A stretch of DNA of 64,000 nucleotides, taken from positions 74,819 through 138,818 of the forward strand of contig NZ_FRDN01000012.1 in the NCBI RefSeq assembly GCF_900143285.1. Direction: 5' to 3'. The notes beneath the pieces were generated by a model. The model worked only from the letters and a program-made list of their open reading frames with translations. It was not told the origin of the DNA and made no database searches. The DNA is from Desulfitobacterium chlororespirans DSM 11544. Lineage in GTDB: Bacteria; Bacillota; Desulfitobacteriia; Desulfitobacteriales; Desulfitobacteriaceae. The position numbers and the translations under genes were made by a program. Shown piece after piece: positions 1 to 9,532 of this stretch (position 1 is the first letter of the stretch; each line of letters opens with the position of its first letter).

Positions 1-259
1 ATTTATTGCGTTAATAATAAGTACGGGTCGGTTGTTTTATAAAGGCCGGAAAAGTTCATCTGGTTGAGCATAATAAAGGCGGAAGAACTCTTCAGTGATA
101 CTGCACTTGACATTCAGCATATAGGCAGTACCGTCATTCATAAGTAATAATGAAAATTTAGTTTGTATTCTTCTTAAAATGCGAAACGGTTATGTATCTT
201 TTTGACGTAACTTTCAAGAAAGTCAACGTGGAACTGGCTAAAGCCAGATAAAAAACAAG

Positions 260-310
260 AGGCCGCTGTCAAACGGACTGTAAAGTTCGTTGAACAGGGG
301 CTTTTTTGTT
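260..310 (+). terminator. Intrinsic-terminator-like hairpin plus T-run; copy 1 of a duplicated 50-bp element
   Basis: aggccgctgtcaaacggactgtaaagttcgttgaacaggggcttttttgtt: stem gccgctg/cagggg(c) and acggac/gttcgt, then T6. It is about 94% identical to 3228-3277. Confidence 0.5.
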
Positions 311-498
311 GTCCAGCGCACTTCCCTACCAGGGTGGGAGAAATTCGGAATCGATTACGAATTTCGGATGCACCCTGATGCTTTTCAGGGATTGTGATTT
401 GAAAAAGGCCTCTCCATACGTTACAATTGGAGAGCTGGTAAGATTAACAGGCATAAGGTATAGCACACTGAGGTATCAATGTCGGCGGTAAAAATATC

Positions 499-999
499 GT
501 GAAGATGACGGAACTAAAAAAGCTGTTTTCCGACCTTGGTTTTCAAAAGGTTCAAACCTATATTCAAAGTGGAAACGTCGTGTTTGATACGGAAGATAAC
601 GCAACTCAAGCGATGCAGAAAATACAAAAGGGCTTTTCTACGGCCTTTGGCTTTGAGTGCGCGGTGATGCTGCGGACCGCCCGGGAAATGGCCGACATGG
701 TAGAGGTCCTGCCCTTTAGCGAGGGAGAAATAAACGAGGCGGTGGCGTCGAACCCTGCCGTGGAGCACCTGTATGTTTATCTGTTGGATGGGGCGGATAT
801 ACGCCAACAATTTGATGGGCTCATCTGCACCTATACCGGACGGGATCGGATGGTGCTGGGGGCAAACGAGATTTATTTGCTGTGTCACGAAAGCATCAGG
901 GACTCAAAGCTCGCAACGTCGCTAGGCAAGCTGAAGGTATCTTTAACAGCACGTAATTGGAAAACAATAAGTAAATTATATGAGATAACGAGGGAATGA
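499..999 (+). CDS. DUF1697 family protein (C-terminal ...TARNWKT motif). The N-terminus appears frameshifted; see finding.
   Basis: Internal GTG start. The in-frame upstream sequence reads TGA-GINVGGKNIVKM, which is the conserved LLRGINVGGKN motif, and the preceding frame (306..491) carries ...IRYSTLR. Confidence 0.55.
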   Translation: MKMTELKKLFSDLGFQKVQTYIQSGNVVFDTEDNATQAMQKIQKGFSTAFGFECAVMLRTAREMADMVEVLPFSEGEINEAVASNPAVEHLYVYLLDGADIRQQFDGLICTYTGRDRMVLGANEIYLLCHESIRDSKLATSLGKLKVSLTARNWKTISKLYEITRE

Positions 1000-1160
1000 A
1001 GATCGGTTTCGTTCCAACACAAAAATCTTCTCAGATAGTTGGGAATCCGAACCTTTGATTTTGGGGGACGGGTTTTGTTTTATTGCTCCTATTAATAGGG
1101 AGGACTATGTGATACACCCGATTGAAAAGTAGTCGAGAATGAAATCAAGGAGAGAACTAA

Positions 1161-1571
1161 ATGAATAATTCAAAACAAAAAATTACTACCTTCTTAATGT
1201 TTCAAGATGGCAATGCTGAAGAGGCAATGAACTTTTATATTTCGCTATTTGATAATTCTAAAATAGTGAATATTACCCGTTATGGAGCGAATGAAGCCGG
1301 TCAAGAGGGTACTGTAATGCATGCTGTATTTTCATTGAACGGGCAAGAGTACATGTGTATAGACAGCTATGTCAAGCATGAATTTACATTTACCCCTGCG
1401 ATATCCTTATATGTAACATGTGATAGTAAAGAAGAGATTGATAAGGTGTTTGAAAAGCTTTCGGAAGGCGGCCAAATCTTGATGCCCCTTGACTCTTATC
1501 CGTTTAGTGCAAGATTCGGTTGGGTAAATGATAAATACGGTGTCTCATGGCAATTAAGTTTTGAGAAGTAA
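1161..1571 (+). CDS. VOC/PhnB-like protein (3-demethylubiquinone-9 3-methyltransferase-like fold, PF06983-type)
   Basis: ITTFLMFQDGNAEEAMNFY...GWVNDKYGVSWQL motif pattern; RBS aaggagag 8 nt upstream. Confidence 0.7.
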   Translation: MNNSKQKITTFLMFQDGNAEEAMNFYISLFDNSKIVNITRYGANEAGQEGTVMHAVFSLNGQEYMCIDSYVKHEFTFTPAISLYVTCDSKEEIDKVFEKLSEGGQILMPLDSYPFSARFGWVNDKYGVSWQLSFEK

Positions 1572-1738
1572 TAATAAAAATAGTTTGGATTCCTCTTTAA
1601 ATGAGAACCCTTTTTTGCATTATAACTCTAAAGAGACAGGGCTGTTTTTTTACGGAAGTGAAAGACAGTCCTGTTTGATTTTCGGCTTGGAGTTCAAAGA
1701 ATCATTTTAGAAGATTGCGAAATACACTTCAAAACATA

Positions 1739-1781
1739 TTGACTTTTTTCGATATGATAGACATAATGAACATATCGAAAA
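1739..1781 (+). promoter_or_regulatory. Sigma-A-type promoter (ttgact-N17-cataat) overlapped by an 11-bp perfect inverted repeat, a candidate ArsR operator
   Basis: -35 ttgact 1739-1744; -10 cataat 1762-1767; IR ttttcgatatg (1746-1756) / catatcgaaaa (1771-1781). Confidence 0.5.
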
Positions 1782-1802
1782 TTTTAGATTGGAGCGTTAT
1801 GT

Positions 1803-2135
1803 ATGAAAACAAACCATTTGGAAAGCGCCAAAGTGTTCAAAGCCTTTTGCGATGAAACCCGGCTTGCCATTTTGGAAATGCTCCAAAGCGGTGAAAAATG
1901 TGCCTGTGTGCTGCTTGAAGAGGTAGAAGTGGGACAGTCCACCCTTTCCCACCATATGAAGATTCTGCTGGAAAGCGGCGTTATTTCTGCACGGAAAGAA
2001 GGCAAATGGACTTACTATTCCATTAGTGAAAATGGCAGAAAGCGTGCCTTAGTGTTGCTGCACGCCATAACTGAAACCCATATGCTCACAGGAGGAGCAA
2101 ATGAAAAGTGTTGTGAAAAGGAGAGTGTCTTATGA
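1803..2135 (+). CDS. arsR: ArsR/SmtB family metalloregulator
   Basis: HTH region with the CAC metal-binding motif (EKCACVLLEEV...TLSHHMKIL); ends 4 bp overlapping arsM. Confidence 0.8.
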   Translation: MKTNHLESAKVFKAFCDETRLAILEMLQSGEKCACVLLEEVEVGQSTLSHHMKILLESGVISARKEGKWTYYSISENGRKRALVLLHAITETHMLTGGANEKCCEKESVL

Positions 2136-3184
2136 ATGAGGTTATCGAAAATGTCAAAGAGTATTACGGCAAAGTTCTGCATAGTACAGCTGATTTGCAA
2201 AGCAAAGCCTGCTGTTGTTCGCCGGACTCAATGCCAAAGGAAGTAAAAAAAGCCCTCACTTTGATAGCAGATGAGGTTATCAACCGCTACTATGGCTGCG
2301 GCTCGCCGTTACCCCCCTTGCTTGAGGGCATGACCGTTCTTGATCTCGGATGTGGCAGTGGACGTGACGTATATGTTGCAGCTCAGCTGGTCGGTGAGTA
2401 TGGGCAGGTGATCGGCGTTGATATGACCCAGGAGCAGCTTGATGTGGCAAGAAAATATGAGGACGAACAGCGCCAGCGCTTCGGCTACGCAAAATCTAAC
2501 GTGAAATTTTTGAACGGTTATATTGAGGACTTACGCACGGTCGGAATTAGTGATTCTTCGGTGGATATAGTAATCTCGAACTGCGTTGTCAATCTTTCTC
2601 CTGATAAGGAAAAGGTCTTTGCAGAAATCTGGCGGGTATTGAAGCCGGGTGGGGAACTTTATTTCTCAGATGTATTTGCTGATCGTCGCATACCCGAATA
2701 TCTTGCGGCTGACCCGGTATTGCGCGGCGAGTGCATCGGCGGTGCATTATATTACGAGGATTTTCGTCGTATTATGCAGCGGGTTGGCTTTACCGATTTT
2801 CGTTATAAATCTATCCGAAATATAGATTTGGATAATGAGGCGATCATAGAAAAAGTGGGATTTGCAAACTTTACAGAGCGGACAGTCAGAGCCTTTAAAT
2901 TAGACGACCTGGAGGATATTTGCGAAGATTATGGACAGATTGCCGTCTATAATGGCAGCATCCCCAGCTCCCCGCATTTTTTTGATCTTGACGACCATCA
3001 CCGCTTTTTTACCGGCAAGCCGCTTTTGGTTTGCGGCAACACAACTGCCATGCTTGCCAAAACCCGCTTCGCTTCCGCATTCAGGGTAACAGGCGAGCGT
3101 TCCACCCATTACGGAGCGTTTGGAGGCTGCGGAGGAAAAAGTGAAACAAATTGTTTTGATACTGGCAGTTCATGTGGGTGCTGA
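2132..3184 (+). CDS. arsM: Arsenite S-adenosylmethionine methyltransferase (ArsM-like class I SAM MTase)
   Basis: VLDLGCGSGRD SAM motif I; conserved Cys pairs (KACCCS, GECIGG, LLVCGN); Cys-rich C-terminus; translationally coupled to arsR. Confidence 0.7.
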   Translation: MNEVIENVKEYYGKVLHSTADLQSKACCCSPDSMPKEVKKALTLIADEVINRYYGCGSPLPPLLEGMTVLDLGCGSGRDVYVAAQLVGEYGQVIGVDMTQEQLDVARKYEDEQRQRFGYAKSNVKFLNGYIEDLRTVGISDSSVDIVISNCVVNLSPDKEKVFAEIWRVLKPGGELYFSDVFADRRIPEYLAADPVLRGECIGGALYYEDFRRIMQRVGFTDFRYKSIRNIDLDNEAIIEKVGFANFTERTVRAFKLDDLEDICEDYGQIAVYNGSIPSSPHFFDLDDHHRFFTGKPLLVCGNTTAMLAKTRFASAFRVTGERSTHYGAFGGCGGKSETNCFDTGSSCGC

Positions 3185-3227
3185 TAAATAGATGTGGCAT
3201 ACATTATCCTCCGCAAAAATAATCAAT

Positions 3228-3277
3228 AGGCCGCTGTCAAACGGACTGTAAAGTCCGTTGAGCAGCGGCTTTTTGTT
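3228..3277 (+). terminator. Intrinsic terminator after arsM; copy 2 of the duplicated 50-bp element
   Basis: gccgctg-tcaa-acggac-tgtaaa-gtccgt-tgag-cagcggc followed by T5. Confidence 0.65.
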
Positions 3278-3618
3278 CCCTGATGCAACTGGCGGTCGCT
3301 AAATTGTCAAGTATCAAAATTAAGGAGGGGAGTATCACGTCAATCCGTTTCCAAGTGGGAAACAAATACCTCGATTCCGGAACTGGACAAATTGGTGTCG
3401 ATGTTCTATAACTGAACTAAGCCCGGATTTTACACAAATGCATTGACAAAAAGTCGGCATGAATGCAAGATTATAATAATAAGTCGCATCCCCTGAAATG
3501 ATGAAAACGAATATAAACGAGCGACATTGCCAAATCTGCCATCAAAGCCTGAATTGTTCTTTTTGGCAGATTTCTCATTTAATCAGGTTATAAAGATATG
3601 AAAGAAGGTTGAAGAACA

Positions 3619-4146
3619 ATGGCAGAGATCATCAAAGTTTATAAAGAACATCTGCCCTCATTGCGTTTCATTGGCAAATGCTATACTAATGCCGATAGAG
3701 TTGGTGGATTTGGTCACAAATGGGCGGAATGGTTTCAAAACGGCTGGTTTGAAGAGCTTGGAAATCTGGGCGGGGCTCCGGATATTGAAAATGGTTACCT
3801 GGGCTTGATGCGCTGCGACAGCAGTAATTTTGAAAACACTTTCGAATACTGGATTGGTCTGTTTTTTTCCTCAGATACATCTGTTCCCAGCGGCTATGAT
3901 TACATAGATTTGGACGATGGCCCCATCGGTGTATGCTGGATTAAAGGCAAAGAGGACGAGGGCGGCATCTATGGCATGCATGAGCAATGCGCTGTTAGAT
4001 TCCAGGAAAATGGTATGGGTAATTTTAAAAACGATCATGAAAACAGGGCTTATTTTTTCGAAAGATATAACTGCCCGCGATTTACCGAGAAGGATGAACA
4101 AGGCAATGTTATTTTGGACTACTGTGTCTACTTGGCAGATCTGTAA
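3619..4146 (+). CDS. GyrI-like/AraC-effector-binding-domain small-molecule-binding protein
   Basis: ~175 aa; LRFIGKCYT..YWIGLFF..GYDYIDL pattern typical of GyrI-like domains. Confidence 0.45.
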   Translation: MAEIIKVYKEHLPSLRFIGKCYTNADRVGGFGHKWAEWFQNGWFEELGNLGGAPDIENGYLGLMRCDSSNFENTFEYWIGLFFSSDTSVPSGYDYIDLDDGPIGVCWIKGKEDEGGIYGMHEQCAVRFQENGMGNFKNDHENRAYFFERYNCPRFTEKDEQGNVILDYCVYLADL

Positions 4147-4181
4147 TCTTTACTTTGATGGCTGCAAGGGAGAGATTGTTT

Positions 4182-5000
4182 GTGAGAATAAAGTGGCTTC
4201 CTATAACTATACTGTTATGCTCGCTTCTGCTGACAGGCTGTTCCAGCCAACCTCTGCAGGAACCCGAAAAATGGGCAATGGTTGAAGAGAAAGTCATGAC
4301 ATTCTCAGACGGGGAGAGCGTCAACTTATGGAGAAGAGGCCCCTTTGGGCATGCTGCCTACAAACTTTCGGATGAAACGACACTATTGCTCGTTCAGGAC
4401 CCAACCGGCCCGGCTAATGTTTATGTAGGTGGAGTGGAGAGTTTCGATGATTTGAGCGAACCTGCCCAGAGAGCTGTTGCTGCATTTTATGAGGAACAGG
4501 GCTTGCTCTACAACATCCCATCTGAACTGGAAAATGCCTATGCTGAATATCTGGCTTGCCAAGACAAGGGGACATTATTCCGTGAGCATTACATCAGTCA
4601 GGATATTGTTCCCACCGCGTCTAACGACAGCATAATATGCTTTCTTACATCGGTCATCCTTCCCATTAATGGGCAAATGGCCCAGGAAGTTCATTTAGGT
4701 GCGGTGTTCAGCCGGGAAACCGGAGAGGTGTTGAATAACTGGGAATTGTTCTCTTTACCGGAGGGCGAAGCACGGCAACGGCTTTTAGACACATTTGATA
4801 TTGGGGCTCCCGCTTTGCGGACTGAAATGCAAGCTGCATTGAAGCCGGAGTACATTATTTTGTTCCCCGATAATTTGGATGTTACATTTCCACGAGGAAC
4901 CCTGCCAAGCCAGGAAGACAGCTATAGTATAGGGATAAGCTATGACGAACTCCAAGGAGTGATTCAGACTTGGGCAATTCCTAATGCGGACGGAACATGA
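4182..5000 (+). CDS. Lipoprotein (signal peptide plus lipobox LLTGC), function unknown
   Basis: GTG start with RBS aagggagag 7 nt upstream; VRIKWLPITILLCSLLLTGCSS. Confidence 0.55.
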   Translation: MRIKWLPITILLCSLLLTGCSSQPLQEPEKWAMVEEKVMTFSDGESVNLWRRGPFGHAAYKLSDETTLLLVQDPTGPANVYVGGVESFDDLSEPAQRAVAAFYEEQGLLYNIPSELENAYAEYLACQDKGTLFREHYISQDIVPTASNDSIICFLTSVILPINGQMAQEVHLGAVFSRETGEVLNNWELFSLPEGEARQRLLDTFDIGAPALRTEMQAALKPEYIILFPDNLDVTFPRGTLPSQEDSYSIGISYDELQGVIQTWAIPNADGT

Positions 5001-5069
5001 GGTGATGAGCATGATCCGTCCTGCATCCAGTGTGATCAATCCCTCTGTTATTTTCTTCTAAATAAAGGA

Positions 5070-5098
5070 TTGACAGGCTTCACGTGCAAAAGTATAAT
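5070..5098 (+). promoter_or_regulatory. Consensus sigma-A promoter of recA (ttgaca-N17-tataat)
   Basis: ttgaca 5070-5075, tataat 5093-5098. Confidence 0.65.
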
Positions 5099-5104
5099 GG
5101 AAAT

Positions 5105-5118
5105 CGAACAAATGTTTG
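5105..5118 (+). promoter_or_regulatory. LexA/DinR SOS box (Cheo box GAAC-N4-GTTC, one mismatch)
   Basis: cgaacaaatgtttg lies immediately downstream of the recA -10. Confidence 0.5.
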
Positions 5119-5166
5119 TCTTTTGTGGTAAAAAATTTAAAAGTATTCGCTTGAGGAGGAAACGAG

Positions 5167-6207
5167 ATGGCCGGTAACGATAAATTAAAAGCCCTGGATG
5201 CGGCTTTAAGTCAGATTGAAAAGCAATTTGGAAAAGGGTCGATTATGAGATTGGGGGAGGCTTCTGCCAAAATGGCAGTGGAAGTGATTCCGACAGGTTG
5301 CCTGGCCATTGATATAGCCCTTGGAGTAGGTGGAGTGCCTCGAGGACGTGTTATAGAAATCTATGGGCCTGAGTCATCCGGTAAGACCACCGTCGCCTTG
5401 CATATTGCGGCAGAAGCCCAGAAGCTGGGCGGTGTAGCCGCTTTTATCGATGCGGAGCATGCTCTCGATCCAGTCTATGCCAAGGCCTTAGGGGTCAACA
5501 TCGACAATCTTCTCGTATCCCAACCGGATACAGGTGAGCAGGCACTGGAGATTTGCGAAGCCTTAGTGCGCAGTGGGGCCATCGACGTCATCATCATTGA
5601 CTCTGTGGCGGCTCTTGTCCCTCGAGCAGAGATTGAAGGGGAAATGGGAGATTCTCATGTGGGCTTACACGCTCGCTTAATGTCTCAAGCCCTGAGAAAA
5701 TTGACAGGTGCCATCAGCAAGAGTCATACATGTGTCATTTTTATTAACCAGATTCGGGAAAAAGTAGGAATTATGTTTGGTAATCCAGAGACCACAACCG
5801 GTGGACGTGCTTTGAAATTCTATGCTTCCGTCCGTCTGGAAGTACGCCGTCAGGATACCTTGAAACAAGGTCAGGATATGATTGGCAACCGTACCAAAGT
5901 CAAGGTTGTTAAGAATAAAGTGGCTCCGCCCTTTAAACAAGCCGAATTTGACATTATGTACGGAGAAGGTATTTCCCGTGAAGGCAGCATGGTGGATGTG
6001 GGCGCTGAGTTAGATATCATTAATAAGTCCGGAGCTTGGTACTCCTATAAAGGTGAGCGCTTAGGTCAGGGAAGAGAGAATGTCAAGGAGTTTTTAAAGA
6101 AGAACCCTGAGATTGCCGCCGAAATCGAACAAGGGATCCGGGCCAGCATTGCTAATGTAAGCGCTCCGGTTGCCGAGGATGTCCAAGAGGAGCCGGAAGA
6201 CGTCTAA
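5167..6207 (+). CDS. recA: Recombinase RecA
   Basis: GSIMRLGE, Walker [18 protein letters not shown]; full-length 346 aa. Confidence 0.97.
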   Translation: MAGNDKLKALDAALSQIEKQFGKGSIMRLGEASAKMAVEVIPTGCLAIDIALGVGGVPRGRVIEIYGPESSGKTTVALHIAAEAQKLGGVAAFIDAEHALDPVYAKALGVNIDNLLVSQPDTGEQALEICEALVRSGAIDVIIIDSVAALVPRAEIEGEMGDSHVGLHARLMSQALRKLTGAISKSHTCVIFINQIREKVGIMFGNPETTTGGRALKFYASVRLEVRRQDTLKQGQDMIGNRTKVKVVKNKVAPPFKQAEFDIMYGEGISREGSMVDVGAELDIINKSGAWYSYKGERLGQGRENVKEFLKKNPEIAAEIEQGIRASIANVSAPVAEDVQEEPEDV

Positions 6208-6208
6208 G

Positions 6209-6703
6209 ATGAAGGGTGCATTGGATGTCGCCTTAACCTATTTATCGAGAAGGATGCTGACACGCTGCGAGCTCAGCCAAAGGCTGACGAAGAAGGGCTT
6301 TCCAGGTCATGAGATCGAAGCTGCCATCGAGAGGCTTTTAGAATGGGGCTATCTCAGCGATCAGGAGTATGCCCGTGCTTATTGCCTCAGCAAGCAAACG
6401 AATTATGCCAAAAAGAAAATCAGCTATGATTTGAAAGGCCGGGGGATCGAGGAAGCTATCATAGAGCAGGCTTTGCGGGAAACCTATTCACCGGGACAGG
6501 AGGCGGAGCTTTGCCGAAAACATGCTCAAAGGCTTTGGGCTGAAGAATCCCGGCGCTGGGAGAGTACTTACCGGCATAAAAAGAGTTATGAGAAAATCCC
6601 CAGGGAACTTATGTTGAGACAGAAGGTCGGGCAAAAGCTTATGCAAAAAGGCTACCCTCAGGAAATGGTTTTTGAGATCCTTGAAGGGATAGTGAGGGAG
6701 TAA
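6209..6703 (+). CDS. recX: Recombination regulator RecX
   Basis: ATG 2 nt after the recA stop; MKGALDVALTYLSRRMLTRCEL RecX N-terminus. Confidence 0.85.
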   Translation: MKGALDVALTYLSRRMLTRCELSQRLTKKGFPGHEIEAAIERLLEWGYLSDQEYARAYCLSKQTNYAKKKISYDLKGRGIEEAIIEQALRETYSPGQEAELCRKHAQRLWAEESRRWESTYRHKKSYEKIPRELMLRQKVGQKLMQKGYPQEMVFEILEGIVRE

Positions 6704-6731
6704 CAGGAAGGCGAGTCCTTCCTGTTTTTTT
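6704..6731 (+). terminator. Intrinsic terminator after recX
   Basis: caggaaggcgagtccttcctg plus T7. Confidence 0.65.
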
Positions 6732-7191
6732 GCACTTATGCTTAGAAGGTATAAGTGCAACCAGCGACTTCGTCTCATTTGTGAGCATGTGTTTAAGGCA
6801 ACAAGTGCGAAAACAGTGCTTTCGGGGTTTTCTTTATGTGAGGAGCAACGATAAGATGAAGAGGGACATAGTTTCTTAGAATACTTGTATTATACATCTA
6901 TATTGCAGGTGGTTCTTGACAAATTTTTCAAAAGATATTACACTAAAAAGAGCCTGTTTCTTTTAAAGTCAGACCTTTAAGGTTTTCTTATAGATTGCAT
7001 CGTAGTTAGTATTATATATGGAGGTATCGGACTAGCGGCGTGTAGGTTTGTAGGAAAAAGGGGCAATGTATTTTGCCTTTAATTAAAGGTTTCCTTTTAA
7101 AGAACTGGCATGGTCCCAGTTTTTTTGTTTTTATATGGAGAACTAGGAGAATGATAACCAAATAAGTATGTGTTTAGGAGGTGAAAACTAC

Positions 7192-8742
7192 TTGGAACTA
7201 CCAGAATTAATCTTTATAGTTATAGCAGTCGTGGTATCCCTTTTTGTGGGTGGCTTTATAGGTTGGCTTATTCGTAAGAGTGCCGCGGAAAAGCTCATCG
7301 GCTCAGCTGAAGAAGAGGCAAAACGGGTCATCGAGAATGCTCAGGGTGCCGCTGAGGCAAAACGCCGTGAAGCTGTCATTGCCGCTAAAGAAGAAGTCAT
7401 GCATATTCGCAATGAAGTGGAAAAAGAATCACGGGAACGCCGCAACGAGGTTCAGCGGATGGAGAGACGGGTTATTCAAAAAGAAGAGTCTTTAGACCGC
7501 AAAATGGAGTCTTTGGAGCGCAAGGAAGATAATCTTCATCGTAAAGAAGAAGAAGTGGATCAGCTCAAAGAGGTCCTGACGCAAACCGTAGCCAAAGAAA
7601 AACAAGAATTAGAACGGGTCTCTGGTCTATCCACTGAAGAAGCGAAGCAAATTCTTCTGCATAGTGTGGAAGAAGAAGTTCGTTACGAATCCGCTATTAT
7701 GATTAAAGATATTGAAACGAAGGCTAAGGAAGAAGCAGAGAAGCGGGCTAAGAATATTATCTCTTTGGCGATTCAGCGTTGTGCCGCGGATCACGTAGCT
7801 GAGAGCACGGTGTCTGTGGTGGCCCTTCCCAGTGATGAGATGAAGGGACGCATTATCGGACGGGAAGGACGCAATATTCGTACTCTGGAGACCTTAACAG
7901 GTATCGATCTGATTATTGATGATACTCCCGAAGCGGTCATTCTCTCTGGGTTTGACCCCATTCGCAGAGAAGTTGCCCGGGTTGCTCTGGAAAAACTGAT
8001 TGCCGATGGACGGATTCACCCGGCTCGCATCGAAGAAATGGTTGAGAAATCTCAAAAAGAGGTGGATCAGCGTATTCGTGAAGAGGGAGAGCAAGCGACC
8101 TTTGAAACAGGAGTGCATGGTTTACATCCTGAAATCATTCGCCTCTTAGGACGATTGAAGTTTAGAACCAGTTATGGTCAAAATGTCCTCAAGCATTCTA
8201 TGGAGGTATCCCATTTGGCAGGTTTAATGGCCGCCGAACTGGGTGTCGATGTACAGCTGGCCAAGCGGGCAGGTTTACTGCATGACTTAGGAAAAGCCGT
8301 GGATCACGATACTGAAGGGACTCATGTTCAGATCGGTGTCGATCTAGCGAAGAAGTATAAGGAATCTTGGGAAGTTATTCATGCTATTGAAGCTCATCAT
8401 GGTGATGTTGAAGCTAAGACCATCGAAGCAGTCTTAGTGGCTGCTGCCGACGCAGTCTCAGCCGCTCGCCCAGGAGCTCGCCGTGAGACTCTCGAATCCT
8501 ATATTAAGCGCCTGCAGAAGCTGGAAGAGATTGCCGAAACCTATGAAGGTGTGGAAAAATCCTACGCGATTCAAGCAGGACGTGAGATTCGAATCATTGT
8601 AAGACCGGATAAGATCGATGATGTTCTGGCTCCGAAAGTGGCTCGGGAAATCAGCAAACGCATTGAGGATGAATTAGAATATCCAGGTCAAATCAAGGTT
8701 GTCGTCATTCGTGAAACTCGTGCCGTGGATTATGCGAAATAA
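7192..8742 (+). CDS. rny: Ribonuclease Y (N-terminal TM helix, KH domain, HD domain)
   Basis: TTG start 8 nt after aggaggtg; [14 protein letters not shown]; HD LLHDLGK. Confidence 0.9.
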   Translation: MELPELIFIVIAVVVSLFVGGFIGWLIRKSAAEKLIGSAEEEAKRVIENAQGAAEAKRREAVIAAKEEVMHIRNEVEKESRERRNEVQRMERRVIQKEESLDRKMESLERKEDNLHRKEEEVDQLKEVLTQTVAKEKQELERVSGLSTEEAKQILLHSVEEEVRYESAIMIKDIETKAKEEAEKRAKNIISLAIQRCAADHVAESTVSVVALPSDEMKGRIIGREGRNIRTLETLTGIDLIIDDTPEAVILSGFDPIRREVARVALEKLIADGRIHPARIEEMVEKSQKEVDQRIREEGEQATFETGVHGLHPEIIRLLGRLKFRTSYGQNVLKHSMEVSHLAGLMAAELGVDVQLAKRAGLLHDLGKAVDHDTEGTHVQIGVDLAKKYKESWEVIHAIEAHHGDVEAKTIEAVLVAAADAVSAARPGARRETLESYIKRLQKLEEIAETYEGVEKSYAIQAGREIRIIVRPDKIDDVLAPKVAREISKRIEDELEYPGQIKVVVIRETRAVDYAK

Positions 8743-8770
8743 TCATGGAATAGTTGAATCTTGAACATTG

Positions 8771-8808
8771 CGGACAGGTGAGAACATCGCCTGTCCTTTA
8801 TTATTTTA
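8771..8808 (+). terminator. Intrinsic terminator after rny
   Basis: ggacagg-tgagaacatcg-cctgtcc followed by tttattatttt. Confidence 0.6.
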
Positions 8809-8934
8809 TAAGTAACAGGAAGGTTGAAATCATCAGGCAGGACTTTATCGGAAATTGACGAATTATTATGGAGTGATGAGAAGCAGTAAATATTCAGAGC
8901 AAATAGTCAGTATGATAAGAAAGAGGATGACACT

Positions 8935-9447
8935 ATGGGACGTTTGAACCTCCATTATCAAGATGGGGGATGTGCACCTGATGGAGTTGGGTTGCTGATA
9001 TCCATTTTAATTCGCTATCCTGAGGTCTGCTCCGTCCGTTACCAACAGCCGGAACATGCCCTGACCTTTCGCTTTACGGTATCGGGCCCCGTGCAGGGAG
9101 AAAAATTCCTGGATACCTTGCAAGAGGCTTTAAGGGCTTATCATAAATTAGAAGGCCATCCTATGCGGATCTGCAAGATAGAACATAAGCTGGAAAGCGG
9201 TGTAACCTTAGTGACCATTACCCGGGATGTTGAGAGTATGAACGAGAGGGAAATTGGTCTGATCGTTGATTTGGTGAGAAACATCGCTCAGAGCATTATC
9301 TATGATGATACGGAGATTCCTGAGGAGGAGCAGATCTTTCAGGAGGAAGTTATTGGACAGATTCTCCAGTCTTTCCGGGACTGCCGTTTAGAAAAAGGAT
9401 TTATTGCGGTTCGGGAGGAAGGAAGGGTTTTAGTCTATAATAGTTAG
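8935..9447 (+). CDS. Hypothetical protein (170 aa), no recognisable domain
   Basis: ORF with RBS gaaagagga; it sits between rny and ymdB, a position that is empty in Bacillus subtilis. Confidence 0.45.
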   Translation: MGRLNLHYQDGGCAPDGVGLLISILIRYPEVCSVRYQQPEHALTFRFTVSGPVQGEKFLDTLQEALRAYHKLEGHPMRICKIEHKLESGVTLVTITRDVESMNEREIGLIVDLVRNIAQSIIYDDTEIPEEEQIFQEEVIGQILQSFRDCRLEKGFIAVREEGRVLVYNS

Positions 9448-9532
9448 ATGTCGAGTGTTTAGGTTTTAGATGGTTCTTTTTTGGACATATCAATACTATA
9501 ATCGGATTGATGGATGATTGGGGATTTATGGA

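Noticed and set aside
306-491. 61-aa ORF as an independent gene
   Set aside because: Its 3' end encodes the out-of-frame N-terminal residues of the DUF1697 protein. I treated it as part of a frameshifted gene, not as a separate protein.
3278-3618. Possible small gene after the RBS-like aaggagggga at about 3323
   Set aside because: No start codon follows in a reasonable window. A local hairpin (gtttcc-aagt-gggaaac) and a ttgaca -35-like hexamer are present, but no clean -10 lies at the proper spacing. I left it as unassigned intergenic DNA.
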